DNA from: Dehalococcoidia bacterium
Lineage (GTDB): Bacteria > Chloroflexota > Dehalococcoidia > GIF9 > AB-539-J10
Reading direction: 5' to 3'
Length of the DNA stretch: 62,192 nucleotides
Assembly: GCA_021162545.1 (NCBI GenBank)
Contig: JAGGYM010000011.1
Location: 1-62,192, forward strand
Shown here one piece after another: positions 47,401 to 57,735 of the stretch. Every line of letters starts with the position of its first letter. Position 1 is the stretch's first letter. Under the pieces are notes generated by a model. It saw only the letters and a list, made by a program, of their open reading frames with translations. It had not been told where the DNA came from and searched no databases. Position numbers and translations under genes: made by a program.

Positions 47401-48798
47401 ATGACTCAATTGATCATCATCGCTATTTACGCCCTGGTCATGCTGGGCATAGGCCTGGGAATGCGCAAAAAAGCAGAAAACCAGAATAGCTTTTTCGTCG
47501 CCCAGCGCAGGGGAACTTTGCCCTTCATTACCGGCTCCCTCCTGGCCACTGCCATTGGAGGTTCGGCAACGGTGGGCATGGCCGGGCTGGGATTTGGGCA
47601 GGGCCTGACGGGCGCCTGGTGGCTCATCTCAGGATCTGCCGGGCTGCTGATACTGGGGTTCTTCTTCGCCAAAAAGGTGAGAGGTGCTGCGCTCTATACT
47701 CTGCCGGAGCTGGCAGAAAAACAATATGGCCGCCGCCTGGGCATTTCTGCTTCCGCCCTCATCGTCATTGCCTGGATAGGAGTGGTAGCAGGGCAAATTG
47801 TGGCTGCCGGCAAAATTCTTTCCATCCTGGGGATGGGATCAATGACACTCTGGATGGTCATCTTCACCGTCGTTTTCGTTGTCTACACTGTTTTGGCAGG
47901 ACAATACTCCATCATCCGTACCGATTTCTTCCAATCCTCGATACTTTTCATCGGCATCTTTGTAACCCTGGCACTGGTTTTCGCCCGCGTGGGAGGCATA
48001 AACGGACTGCAAGCTTCTTTGCCCAGCGAATACTTCTCCTTTCCCCTGAGCCCCGGCTTCAACTTCAAAAACCTGTTATCCATCCTGATTCTCGTAGGGG
48101 CAACCTATGTCGTCGGCCCGGACATATACACTCGTCTGTTCTCCGCCAGGGGAGAAAAGACAGCCCAGAGAGCCACCTTCCTTTCCGCCTCTCTCTTCGT
48201 GCCCCTGGCCTTTGCCATTACCCTGATAGGAATGGGAGCCAGAGTTCTCTATCCTCAAATATCCCCGGAGATGGCCTTCCCCCAGGTAATTAACGCAATT
48301 TTCTCTCCATGTTTAAGCGGGCTAATTCTCGCTGCACTGGTAGCAGCACTGATGTCCTCGGCAGACACCTGCCTCCTCAGCCAGGGAATTATCCTGACCC
48401 AGGACATAGTGAAGCGTTTTCACCCCGATATCGGCGAGAAAAAGACCATTCTAATCACGCGCCTGAACATCATTCTTCTCGGTTTTCTGGCCCTGGGGCT
48501 AGCCATAGCCATGAAAGGCGTAATATCCTCACTTCTCTTCGCCTACACCATTTTTTCATGCGGGCTGGTCGTGCCCATAATTGCCGGCTTTTACAAAGAC
48601 AAACTGAAGGTAACTCCGCAGGGAGCACTGGCAGCTCTTATAGGAGGAGGAACTATAGGGCTGCTGGGCAAAATTCCCAGCCTCGACATCCCTCTCAAAG
48701 GAGACCTCGGCCTCATCGGTTTTGCCGCGAGCGCGCTCCTCCTTTTCGCAGTGAGTTCCGTTACCGGGAACAGGAACAAACCAGAGCGCATGCTATAA
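47401..48798 (+). CDS. sodium:solute symporter (SSS) family transporter
   Basis: 465 aa with about 12-13 TM segments and an SSS-type N-terminus. It starts 6 nt after the birA stop. Confidence 0.8.
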   Translation: MTQLIIIAIYALVMLGIGLGMRKKAENQNSFFVAQRRGTLPFITGSLLATAIGGSATVGMAGLGFGQGLTGAWWLISGSAGLLILGFFFAKKVRGAALYTLPELAEKQYGRRLGISASALIVIAWIGVVAGQIVAAGKILSILGMGSMTLWMVIFTVVFVVYTVLAGQYSIIRTDFFQSSILFIGIFVTLALVFARVGGINGLQASLPSEYFSFPLSPGFNFKNLLSILILVGATYVVGPDIYTRLFSARGEKTAQRATFLSASLFVPLAFAITLIGMGARVLYPQISPEMAFPQVINAIFSPCLSGLILAALVAALMSSADTCLLSQGIILTQDIVKRFHPDIGEKKTILITRLNIILLGFLALGLAIAMKGVISSLLFAYTIFSCGLVVPIIAGFYKDKLKVTPQGALAALIGGGTIGLLGKIPSLDIPLKGDLGLIGFAASALLLFAVSSVTGNRNKPERML

Positions 48799-48805
48799 TA
48801 GGGAA

Positions 48806-49663
48806 GTGCAAGTTGTTATCATTGGCCTGGGGCTAATCGGCGGATCTATTGGACTTGCCCTGAAGCAGCAGGGTAAACCCACCCGCGAGGTAGTTGGCTA
48901 TGTACGCCGCCCGGAAGTTGCCACTGCCGCCCTAGAGATGGGAGCCATCGATAGAGCGGAGACAAGCCTGGAAGCTACAGTAAAAGAAGCCGACATCGTT
49001 GTCATCTGCACTCCCGTTTTAACGATAAAGGAAATATTGTCCCGGATAGCTGATCATCTTCCCGATGGCTGCATAGTAAGCGATGCTGCAAGCACGAAAT
49101 TCCAGGTCATGCAATGGGCCCACGAAATATTGCCTCCATCGGCGACCTTCATCGGAGGACATCCCATGGCGGGGAAAGAACTTTATGGTATAGAGGCCGC
49201 CGAAGCCGGGCTGTTCCGGGGATGTACTTATTGCCTTACTCCTGAGAGAAAAACTCCATCAGAAGCTCTGGACAAAGTGATAAATATGGTGGAAATTATG
49301 GGAGCTGTGCCCCTACTGGTAGATGCACGGGAACACGATGACCTGGTAGCCGGCATCAGCCATTTGCCCCTGCTCCTCTCAGCAGCTCTCGTTTCATCTA
49401 CTGCTAAAGACCCTTCGTGGCAGAGGATGTCCCGGCTTGCTGCCTCCGGATATCGTGACCTCTCCCGCCTAGCCTCAGGAAATCCCCAGGTTAACGCCGA
49501 TATCTGCCTCAGCAACTCTCAGGCCTTGCTCCGCTGGGTTGATAAGTTCAAGCGAGAGCTGGACAACTATCGCCAGATGGTGGAAGATGGGGACGAAAAC
49601 CTGCTAAAAACCCTTGCCGGGGCTAAAAGGGCAAGACAGAAATGGCTGAACGAGGCGAAGTAA
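48806..49663 (+). CDS. tyrA: prephenate dehydrogenase
   Basis: 285 aa with a GTG start, VVIIGLGLIGGS Rossmann motif and GGHPMAGKE. Confidence 0.9.
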   Translation: MQVVIIGLGLIGGSIGLALKQQGKPTREVVGYVRRPEVATAALEMGAIDRAETSLEATVKEADIVVICTPVLTIKEILSRIADHLPDGCIVSDAASTKFQVMQWAHEILPPSATFIGGHPMAGKELYGIEAAEAGLFRGCTYCLTPERKTPSEALDKVINMVEIMGAVPLLVDAREHDDLVAGISHLPLLLSAALVSSTAKDPSWQRMSRLAASGYRDLSRLASGNPQVNADICLSNSQALLRWVDKFKRELDNYRQMVEDGDENLLKTLAGAKRARQKWLNEAK

Positions 49664-50988
49664 AAAAGGTCACCCCCCCCACCCATCTCGAAGGAGAGAT
49701 CACCCTGCCCGGCGACAAGTCCATCTCCCATAGGGCAGTCATCTTCAACGGCCTGGCCTCAGGACAGGCCGAAGTCAGCAATTTTGCCCCGGGCAGGGAC
49801 TGTTTGTCCACGGTGAACTGCCTGAGAAACATGGGCGTAAAGATCCAGCGGAAGGGAACGCCCCCCTCCTCCCACCTGCTGATTTCGGGAACCAGTGGAG
49901 AGTTTCAGGAAGCTCAAAACGTACTCAACGCGGGGAACAGCGCCACGACGATGCGCCTGCTCGCCGGACTCCTCTCAGGTCAACCCGTTCTCTCCATAAT
50001 CACAGGAGACTCTTCCCTGTGCTCTCGCCCCATGGGGAGATTAGTTGAGCCACTGCACCTCATGGGCGCCAGAATATGGGGAAGGAGCAATAACTCCCTC
50101 GCACCTCTGGTAATTAAAGGAGGCCCTCTCCAGGGCATAGATTTCGAGCTAAACGTTCCCAGCGCCCAGGTTAAATCAGCAATCCTGCTGGCAGGCCTTC
50201 AGGCCCGGGGAGAAACTATCCTGCATCAGAGAGCTCTTTCCCGAGACCACAGTGAAAGATTTCTTCAGCAAATGGGAGCCATGATAACAACACAGGGGAA
50301 ATCGATTTCCCTGAGTCCTCTGAGCCATCCTCTGACGCCCCTCGACCTCAAGATCCCCGGGGATATCAGCTCCGCGGCCTATTTCATGGTCGCCGGAGCC
50401 ATCCATCCCCACGCCAGGATAACCCTGAGGAACTGCGGAACTAATCCCACCAGAACGGGAATCATAGACGCACTGGAGGCCATGGGTGCCAGAATCAAAC
50501 GCGAAAACGAACGCATAGAAGGCAATGAACCCCTCGCCGATATCTCAGTGGAGACCAGCGAGCTAAAAGGCATCGACATAGGCGGCGATGCCATTCCCCT
50601 CCTCATCGATGAAATTCCCGCACTGGCGGTGGCCGGCTGTATGGCCAGAGGCAAAACCACCATCAGAGACGCCGGCGAGCTACGGGTGAAGGAGTCCGAC
50701 AGGATCGCCAACATCTCCCTGGAACTCACCAGGATGGGTGCCGAAATTGAGGAGTTGCCCGACGGAATGATTATCCACGGGGGAAAATTGCTGACAGGCA
50801 CAGAGGTTGAGAGCCACGGAGACCACAGGATAGCCATGAGCCTGGCCATAGCTGGCCTGGTGGCGAGGGGAGAAACTATCATCAGCCAGGCTGGGGTAGT
50901 GGAAATTTCTTATCCCTCCTTCTGGCAGAGCCTGCACTCCATTTCACACAGGGAGAGAACTGCTTCTTATGCAGGCAAAGGAGCATAA
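49642..50988 (+). CDS. aroA: 3-phosphoshikimate 1-carboxyvinyltransferase (EPSP synthase)
   Basis: 448 aa with LPGDKSISHRA, NSATTMRLL and GDHRIAMS motifs. Confidence 0.95.
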   Translation: MAERGEVKKVTPPTHLEGEITLPGDKSISHRAVIFNGLASGQAEVSNFAPGRDCLSTVNCLRNMGVKIQRKGTPPSSHLLISGTSGEFQEAQNVLNAGNSATTMRLLAGLLSGQPVLSIITGDSSLCSRPMGRLVEPLHLMGARIWGRSNNSLAPLVIKGGPLQGIDFELNVPSAQVKSAILLAGLQARGETILHQRALSRDHSERFLQQMGAMITTQGKSISLSPLSHPLTPLDLKIPGDISSAAYFMVAGAIHPHARITLRNCGTNPTRTGIIDALEAMGARIKRENERIEGNEPLADISVETSELKGIDIGGDAIPLLIDEIPALAVAGCMARGKTTIRDAGELRVKESDRIANISLELTRMGAEIEELPDGMIIHGGKLLTGTEVESHGDHRIAMSLAIAGLVARGETIISQAGVVEISYPSFWQSLHSISHRERTASYAGKGA

Positions 50989-50989
50989 T

Positions 50990-51628
50990 ATGTCATCAGG
51001 AACAGAAAGGAACAATTTACTCATCATTTTATCGGGCCCCTCGGGGGTAGGAAAAGACGCAGTACTGGACATAATAAAAGAGCGGAAATGCCCCTTCCAT
51101 TATGTCGTCACCGCCACCACGCGCCAGAGGCGGGCCGGCGAGCAACAGGGAATAGATTATCACTTCCTTTCACGCGAGCAATTCCACCGCATGAAAGAGG
51201 AGGGAGAATTACTGGAGTGGGCCGAGGTCTACGGCAACTATTACGGCGTGCCCAGGGAAGAAGTAAACAGGGCTCTGGCCTCAGGAGAAGACGTCATTCT
51301 GAAGACAGACGTCCAGGGCGCTGCCACTCTCAAGAAAATCATTCCCCAGGCGGTGTTTATCTTTCTTATGCCTCCCTCTATCAAGACACTGGAACGGCGG
51401 CTTAAACGGCGCAACAGCGATACAAAGGAAACTCTGGCTCTGCGGCTGGAAAAGGCCAGAGCGGAAATAGAAAAACTGCCCCTCTTCGACTACGTTATCA
51501 CCAACCGTGAAGACAGACTGGACGATATCATCGCTCAGCTTCAGGCCATCATCAGCGCTGAAAAATGCCGCGTCAAGCCCAGAAAAATCGCCCTGGAGAC
51601 AGTCCGGGACAGGGGAGAATTATCATGA
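50990..51628 (+). CDS. gmk: guanylate kinase
   Basis: Start trimmed to ATG 50990 (AAAGGAG upstream, 1 nt after the aroA stop). P-loop SGPSGVGKD. Confidence 0.92.
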   Translation: MSSGTERNNLLIILSGPSGVGKDAVLDIIKERKCPFHYVVTATTRQRRAGEQQGIDYHFLSREQFHRMKEEGELLEWAEVYGNYYGVPREEVNRALASGEDVILKTDVQGAATLKKIIPQAVFIFLMPPSIKTLERRLKRRNSDTKETLALRLEKARAEIEKLPLFDYVITNREDRLDDIIAQLQAIISAEKCRVKPRKIALETVRDRGELS

Positions 51629-51797
51629 GAGAAGCTGTAAAACGCAAGAAATGCACCTATTGCCTGCAGGGACTGGTGGCAATTCTGCTGGCGAGCATGA
51701 GACAGCTTAGAGTAACGATTCAGTTGGCAACATTTCCTATTTATCTTCGCTGCACCATGCCGTTTCGACAAGAGTGCCACGGGAGGAAAGCCCCGTC

Positions 51798-52940
51798 ATG
51801 GAAATAACCAGCTTTTATCTGCCAACAAAATTCATCTTTGGCCCCGGCAGCCTTGTCCGTCTCGGCAGGGAGTCCAGAGAAATAGGGCAACGGGCAGTTC
51901 TGGTCACCGGCTCCTCGAGCATGCACAGAACGGGCGTGCTCGACAGGGTAACCAGAGACCTTGAGGCCAATGGCGTTAGCGTCGCAGTCTTCGATAAAAT
52001 CGAACCCAATCCACGCGCCTCTACGATAGATGAGGGTGGCAGTCTGGCACGGCAGGAGAAAGCAAATCTGATCATCGGGCTGGGAGGCGGCAGCGCCATG
52101 GATGCCGCCAAGGGAATAGCCCTGGCCAGCAGCGACACCGAACCGATCTGGCGCTATGTTACAGACAAAGTCAGCGTGACTGGTCCGGTTCCTTTGTTAA
52201 TGCTGGTCCCCACCGTAGCCGCCAGCGGCTCCGAGGCCAACAACGGAGCGGTAATTACCAACTGGAACACCGGTGAGAAGAGCGTGTTGAATAGCCCTCA
52301 TCTCTTCGCCAGGGTTTCCATTATAGACCCCGAGCTAACGCTCACCCTGCCGCAGAAGCCAACGGCACAGGGAGGAGTGGATATCTTCTGCCATCTGGTA
52401 GAATGCTATCTCACCACCGCGGAATCTGCTCCCCTGACCGACGGCATAATGGAAACGGCGATGCGAATGGTGGTAGAATCTCTGCCCCGGGCACTGGAAG
52501 AGCCTCATAACATAGAAGCGCGAACCAGCCTTTCCTGGGCCAGCACTATTGCCTGCTCTCAGTTCGCCACGCTGGGAGGGGGAAACGGCTCCATGACCCT
52601 CCACGGGATTGAACACCCCCTGAGCGGTCGTTATGACATCGCCCACGGTGATGGACTGGCTGCCCTGCTACCTGCCTGGATGAAATATACCCTCCCGGCA
52701 AGGAGCGGGAGGTTTCATCGTCTGGGGAAAGAAGTCTTCGGCCAGGAGAATGGAATCAGGGCTACAGAAAACTGGCTGCAACGGGTGGGGATGAAGCTGC
52801 GGCTCGAGCCCCTCGGCATCGAAATGGAGCGCCTTAGCGAGATAGCCGCCTGCGCTGTGAGAACCGCTCCCTGGCTTAAATATCACCCCAGACAGCTGGA
52901 TGAGATGACCATCAAGCACCTCTACCAGGCTTCCTTCTGA
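51798..52940 (+). CDS. iron-containing (group III) alcohol dehydrogenase
   Basis: Start trimmed to MEITSFYLPTKFIFGPG (GGAGGA upstream). GGGSAMDAAK and His-rich metal-site motifs are present. Confidence 0.88.
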   Translation: MEITSFYLPTKFIFGPGSLVRLGRESREIGQRAVLVTGSSSMHRTGVLDRVTRDLEANGVSVAVFDKIEPNPRASTIDEGGSLARQEKANLIIGLGGGSAMDAAKGIALASSDTEPIWRYVTDKVSVTGPVPLLMLVPTVAASGSEANNGAVITNWNTGEKSVLNSPHLFARVSIIDPELTLTLPQKPTAQGGVDIFCHLVECYLTTAESAPLTDGIMETAMRMVVESLPRALEEPHNIEARTSLSWASTIACSQFATLGGGNGSMTLHGIEHPLSGRYDIAHGDGLAALLPAWMKYTLPARSGRFHRLGKEVFGQENGIRATENWLQRVGMKLRLEPLGIEMERLSEIAACAVRTAPWLKYHPRQLDEMTIKHLYQASF

Positions 52941-52953
52941 AGAACTGATATCC

Positions 52954-54159
52954 TTACAGCCCTGCTTCAGCCTTCAGTGCACTCGCTTTATCCGTTTTCT
53001 CCCAGGGAAGATCAAGGTCGCCCCTGCCGAAATGGCCATAAGTGGCCGTCTGACGATAAATGGGACGGCGCAGGTTCAAAGTTCTTATGATAGCCTCAGT
53101 CCGGAAGTCGAAGTGCTTCCCGATGAGGTCGAGTATGGCCTCGTCGGATATCTTTCCCGTGCCAAACGTCTCTAAAGACAACGAAAGGGGAGAAGCCTTG
53201 CCAATGGTATAGGCAACCTGGAGTTCAAGGTAATCGGCCAGGCCCGCCGCCACCAGATTTTTGGCGGCATATCTGGCCATATAGGCGGCAGAGCGGTCCA
53301 CCTTGGTGGGGTCCTTCCCGGAGAAGCAGCCGCCGCCATGGCGGGAGGCACTGCCATAGGTGTCCACAATTATCTTTCTTCCGGTAAAGCCAGTGTCGCT
53401 CACCGGCCCACCTATCTCGAACTGTCCCGCTGTGTTAACCAGAAATTTGGTGTCATCTATCAGGTCGGGAGGTATAACTTCGCCCACCACTTCCTCCATG
53501 AGGTCGTGTTCTATCGTGCTGTGCTCTATACCCGGGTCGTGCTGGGCTCCCAGGACAACGCAAACCACCTTCCTGGGAATTCCATGGCTGTAGTCAATGG
53601 TGACCTGAGACTTGCCATCGGGGCGGAGATAGGGAACGATTCCATCCTTTCTCACCTGAGCCAGGCGGTGGCATAACCTGTGCGCCAGCACGATGGGAAG
53701 AGGCATGAGCTCCGGAGTCTCCCTGCAGGCAAAGCCAGACATCATCCCCTGATCTCCGGCGCCAGTCTTATTCAGAACTTCATCACTCTTCTCGCCATCC
53801 CTCACTTCCAGCGAACGGCCCACCCCGGCGGCGATGTCGGGAGATTGTTCCTTGACGGAAACGAGCACTCCACAGGTGCGGTAATCGAAGCCATATTCGG
53901 GCCTGGTATATCCAGCGTCTCTGATCACCTTCCGCGCGACGCTTGGTATGTCCACATAGCACTCACACGAGATTTCCCCCATGACCATCACTACGCCCAT
54001 GGCAACGGATACCTCACAGGCAACGTGAGCCAAGGGATCCTTTTCCAGTATAGCGTCAAGAACGGCATCAGAAATCTGGTCGCATAATTTATCAGGGTGC
54101 CCCTCGGTAACGGACTCCGAAGTTGCCAGATATGAATTCTGTTGACTAAAACTGTTCAA
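52954..54159 (-). CDS. metK: S-adenosylmethionine synthetase
   Basis: [19 protein letters not shown] and GAGDQG motifs. Start trimmed to TTG 54159 (AGGAGG 7 nt upstream), which removes the overlap with ahcY. Confidence 0.93.
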   Translation of the reverse strand: MNSFSQQNSYLATSESVTEGHPDKLCDQISDAVLDAILEKDPLAHVACEVSVAMGVVMVMGEISCECYVDIPSVARKVIRDAGYTRPEYGFDYRTCGVLVSVKEQSPDIAAGVGRSLEVRDGEKSDEVLNKTGAGDQGMMSGFACRETPELMPLPIVLAHRLCHRLAQVRKDGIVPYLRPDGKSQVTIDYSHGIPRKVVCVVLGAQHDPGIEHSTIEHDLMEEVVGEVIPPDLIDDTKFLVNTAGQFEIGGPVSDTGFTGRKIIVDTYGSASRHGGGCFSGKDPTKVDRSAAYMARYAAKNLVAAGLADYLELQVAYTIGKASPLSLSLETFGTGKISDEAILDLIGKHFDFRTEAIIRTLNLRRPIYRQTATYGHFGRGDLDLPWEKTDKASALKAEAGL

Positions 54160-54206
54160 TATTTTCCCTCCTTTTACTGAGAAAGACCTTTCCCGGCACA
54201 GCAAAT

Positions 54207-55463
54207 TTATGTGCCAGACTCCCAACTCCCGAGGTATTCTTCCTGCTCCTCTGTCAGAGAATCAATGACGAGGTTCATGGAAGTCAACTTCAGTTTCCCC
54301 ACTTCCCTATCTATATCATCAGGCACGGGATAAACATCTCGCCCCATCTCTCCTTTTGCCACAACCAGGCGCTCCACGCAGAGAGCCTGGTTGGCGAAGC
54401 TCATATCCATCACGCTGGCAGGATGTCCCTCCGCAGCAGCCAGATTAATCAGCCTGCCTTCACCCAGCAAATATATATGGACACCCCCTGCTATCGTATA
54501 CTCCTCAACAAAAGGACGCACTTTTCTCTTGCTCTTCGCCAGGTCTTCCAGCGCGGGAATATTTATCTCCACGTTGAAATGCCCGCTGTTGGCCACGATG
54601 GCACCGTCCCGCATGCGCATAAAGTGAGCCCTGTCCAGGACGCTCTTATCGCCGGTGACAGTGATGAAGACCTGTCCTTCATCGCAAGCTTCAAGCAGGG
54701 GCATGACGCGATAGCCATCCATAACAGCTTCAAGCGCCAGGATGGGGTCAACTTCGGTGACGATAACATGCGCCCCCATTCCCTGAGCCCTGCTGGCTAT
54801 TCCCTTGCCGCAGAAGCCATAGCCGCAAACCACTACCGTTCTCCCCGCCCACAGTATGTTGGTAGCCCGGGTCACGCCATCGATGGTGCTCTGCCCTGTG
54901 CCATAGCGATTGTCGAAGAAATGCTTGGTGCGGGCATCGTTGACGGCGATGACGGGATAATTCAAATTGCCTGATCCTGCCATGTTCCTCAGCCTGATAA
55001 CTCCCGTGGTAGTTTCCTCCGTACCCCCCACGACCTCATGGCTGAGATCAGCATACTTCTTGTGAATGGTGGAAACCAGGTCAGCACCATCATCCATGGT
55101 AATCTGAGGCCTGTGCTCTATAGCCGTGGTGATATGGCGATAATAGGTCCCATCGTCCTCTCCCTTGATGGCGTTAACGGGAATGCCATATTCTACCAGG
55201 GCAGCAGCCACATCATCCTGGGTGCTCAAAGGATTGGAGGCACAGAGAACCACATCGGCTCCTCCCTCCCTTAAGGTCAACGCCAGGTTGGCCGTCTCGG
55301 TGGTAATATGAAGACAGGCAGAGATGCGCACGCCCTCAAGCGGCTTCTCCCGGGCAAATCTCTCTTTAATCAAACCGTTAACCGGCATTTCCCTGCCCGC
55401 CCATTCTATACGCAGACGCCCTTCCTCTGCCAGAGCCAGATCCCTAACATCATAATTGTCCAT
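54207..55463 (-). CDS. ahcY: adenosylhomocysteinase
   Basis: 418 aa, ...DDGADL..., the NAD-binding region GYGFCGKG and typical AhcY sequence. Confidence 0.95.
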   Translation of the reverse strand: MDNYDVRDLALAEEGRLRIEWAGREMPVNGLIKERFAREKPLEGVRISACLHITTETANLALTLREGGADVVLCASNPLSTQDDVAAALVEYGIPVNAIKGEDDGTYYRHITTAIEHRPQITMDDGADLVSTIHKKYADLSHEVVGGTEETTTGVIRLRNMAGSGNLNYPVIAVNDARTKHFFDNRYGTGQSTIDGVTRATNILWAGRTVVVCGYGFCGKGIASRAQGMGAHVIVTEVDPILALEAVMDGYRVMPLLEACDEGQVFITVTGDKSVLDRAHFMRMRDGAIVANSGHFNVEINIPALEDLAKSKRKVRPFVEEYTIAGGVHIYLLGEGRLINLAAAEGHPASVMDMSFANQALCVERLVVAKGEMGRDVYPVPDDIDREVGKLKLTSMNLVIDSLTEEQEEYLGSWESGT

Positions 55464-55469
55464 TTCTAA

Positions 55470-57053
55470 TTAAAATTTCCTCCAAAGTATTTCCTCAAGC
55501 TCATCTCGCGGCGGAGACGTGTCAATCACCAGGTGTTGCCGCGGAGAGAACTCAGTTACAGGTTGAAATTCATCCTTCTGCCACTGAAAAATTTCCCGGC
55601 GGCCGTCGGAGGCTGATTCCTCCTCGAGCCTCTTATCCAGCCTCCTCTTTATCTCATCCTCGTCGAGAACGCATTCCAGCACCATGAAGTCTGCTCCTCC
55701 ATCGCGCGCCAGCTCTCTGGCCTTCAACCTGCTTTCCTTCCTGCTGAAGGAAGCATCCAGTATCACCGATCGCCCCTGGGAAAGGGCATCGCTCGCTTCA
55801 CGGAACATCTCCTCATATGTCCTGGAAGAGAAATCCTCTGCATATATGCCAGAGTGAAACTCCTCGAAGTGGTGTTCTGCAGGAGATACCCCTGCCAGAT
55901 GCTTTCTGACAACATCGGACGAGGTGACGAGGAAGCCAAACCTGTATCCCAGAGACTGTGCCACCGTGGTCTTGCCCGTGCCCATCAACCCCATGACCAT
56001 CAGCAAAAGAGGCTTCGTCCGGGAATATAGCGCTGCCAGATCGAAGTACCGCCGGGCGGTAGTCAAAATTGTTCTCTTCTCCTCCTCGGGAATATAAGAA
56101 TCATCCAGCTTGAAGCTTTCCACCTTGCCTCGCACACAGGCGCGATAGCATTTGTAGAAACCAAGCAGCTCCAACAAGTCATCATCATGACTCAATTCTA
56201 CATAGGTATCTACGAAACACTTCGACAGATCAGGCCTGCGGTAACGGTCCAGGTCCATAGCAAGAAAAGCGACCTCGGAGGCCACATCAGAATACCTGAA
56301 CCTGTCATTGAACTCGATGCAATCGTAAATAACGATGTCTCCAGCGAAGCAAACATGCGCTGCATGGAGATCTCCATGGCAATCCCTTACTTTCCCCTCA
56401 TTCACCCGCCGCGCGAAAAGCCCCGCGTTGTCCTTGATGAAATTTTCGGTATATTCTTTGAGACGGCTGTGCCTTTCAGAAGTTATGGAAACATCGATAT
56501 ACTTTTCCGTCTGAGAGAAGTTCTCCCTGTTATTCTGCTGAATAACATCCAGCCTTCCATAAGAGGCAATCTGCGGGTTCGTCTCTGCCCTCCGGTGAAA
56601 GCCCCCCAGCTTCTCGGCCACCTTTACTATCATTCCCTCATCCACCTGTCCCCGCGATAGCAAGACATCCATCATGCGCTCCCGGGGCAACTGCTTCATC
56701 TTGACGGCATATTCCACGGCCTTGCCCTCTCCCTCAACAGAGAACCTTCCTCCCTCTTCCACGATTGGCACAACCGCCAGATAGGTATTGGGACTGAGGC
56801 GACGGTTCAATTCTACCTCCCTGCGGCAGAAGAAAAGGCGCTTCTCCAACGAGGAATAATCCAGATAACCCAGATTTATAGCCTTTCTCACCTTATAGGC
56901 ATATTCACCGGTGAGGAAAACGAAGGACATTTGCGTCTGGCACAACTCTACCTTCTCAGGATTGTGGGGATATGCTCCTGGCTCAAGCAGAGCCGGGAGA
57001 TAAGGATACTCCACACCTACCCCTGCCTCAAGACTGCTGAATTTCTCTTCCAT
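55470..57053 (-). CDS. fusion of an APH/choline-kinase-fold phosphotransferase domain and a P-loop (AAA_33-like) kinase domain
   Basis: 527 aa. N-terminal half: HGDLHAAHVCF...DCIEFNDRFRYSD (kinase-fold catalytic loop and DxD-like). C-terminal half: Walker A GLMGTGKTT. Confidence 0.65.
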   Translation of the reverse strand: MEEKFSSLEAGVGVEYPYLPALLEPGAYPHNPEKVELCQTQMSFVFLTGEYAYKVRKAINLGYLDYSSLEKRLFFCRREVELNRRLSPNTYLAVVPIVEEGGRFSVEGEGKAVEYAVKMKQLPRERMMDVLLSRGQVDEGMIVKVAEKLGGFHRRAETNPQIASYGRLDVIQQNNRENFSQTEKYIDVSITSERHSRLKEYTENFIKDNAGLFARRVNEGKVRDCHGDLHAAHVCFAGDIVIYDCIEFNDRFRYSDVASEVAFLAMDLDRYRRPDLSKCFVDTYVELSHDDDLLELLGFYKCYRACVRGKVESFKLDDSYIPEEEKRTILTTARRYFDLAALYSRTKPLLLMVMGLMGTGKTTVAQSLGYRFGFLVTSSDVVRKHLAGVSPAEHHFEEFHSGIYAEDFSSRTYEEMFREASDALSQGRSVILDASFSRKESRLKARELARDGGADFMVLECVLDEDEIKRRLDKRLEEESASDGRREIFQWQKDEFQPVTEFSPRQHLVIDTSPPRDELEEILWRKF

Positions 57054-57098
57054 TCCTCCTGTCTCCTGTACTTGCTCCAGCCATCTGCACCCCGCTCA

Positions 57099-57626
57099 CT
57101 ATAGCAAAAATTCCATCTTGGGGCAGCAGTTGAAACAAAAATTGACTCCTTTCCAGTCCGTATCAGCTAGGCCGTTGGAAAAGTGCATGACGCACCTGGA
57201 ATTGGCACAATGTCCCAACCCCAGGGTATGCCCCACCTCATGGACGATCTCCTTGGTGGCCCTCTCGAGAAACAGGTTCTCCTCCGGCGTCAAGCCATAA
57301 TATTCCTGCCTTAGACGAGACAACGACACGATGGCTACTCCGTGGAGCACATCCGCTTCACCAAAGACGAAGCTAAGCCCGGGAGCATACAGGTCAACAT
57401 CGACGATGCCCACAACTCTCTCATCCCTTTCCACCTTCCTGACAGCGATAGAATCCAGCAATTTCGAGGCGAGGTATTGCCCTCTTGGCAGGTCATGCAC
57501 TGAAGCCAGATCATCAAAGCCTTCCCCTATCTCCACGGGACAGTGAAAAACCCCCTCGACTCTATCCCTGAGTTCAACCATTACGCTGCCATCTACATCG
57601 CCCAGGGCCAAAAGAGCAATTCTCAT
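57099..57626 (-). CDS. archaemetzincin-like zinc metallopeptidase
   Basis: 175 aa. HEVGHTLGLGHCANSRCVMHF...CFNC fits the archaemetzincin signature HExxHxxGx3Cx4CxMx(16-17)CxxC. Confidence 0.75.
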   Translation of the reverse strand: MRIALLALGDVDGSVMVELRDRVEGVFHCPVEIGEGFDDLASVHDLPRGQYLASKLLDSIAVRKVERDERVVGIVDVDLYAPGLSFVFGEADVLHGVAIVSLSRLRQEYYGLTPEENLFLERATKEIVHEVGHTLGLGHCANSRCVMHFSNGLADTDWKGVNFCFNCCPKMEFLL

Positions 57627-57735
57627 TTGATTACCAGCAAAAACCCTGGAAGGGAATCTTCTGCCTTCTCAAAGAAGTAACCCTCACCGTGGACTCTAAC
57701 CAATATGTCTCCCACGCATACTATTTCAAGCCACA

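Noticed and set aside
51625-51807. 60-aa ORF (MREAVKRKKCTYCLQGLVAILLASMRQLRV...) overlapping the gmk stop (ATGA), in the position where rpoZ often follows gmk.
   Set aside because: Its similarity to the omega-subunit core (NRYxLVxxAAKRARQL) is weak and needs a 3-residue gap, and there is no clear SD. The coding status of 51629-51797 stays open. An rpoZ HMM search would settle it.
54160-55469. SAM or SAH riboswitch upstream of metK or ahcY.
   Set aside because: The spacers are only 47 nt (ahcY-metK) and 6 nt (kinase fusion-ahcY), too short for any known SAM or SAH aptamer.
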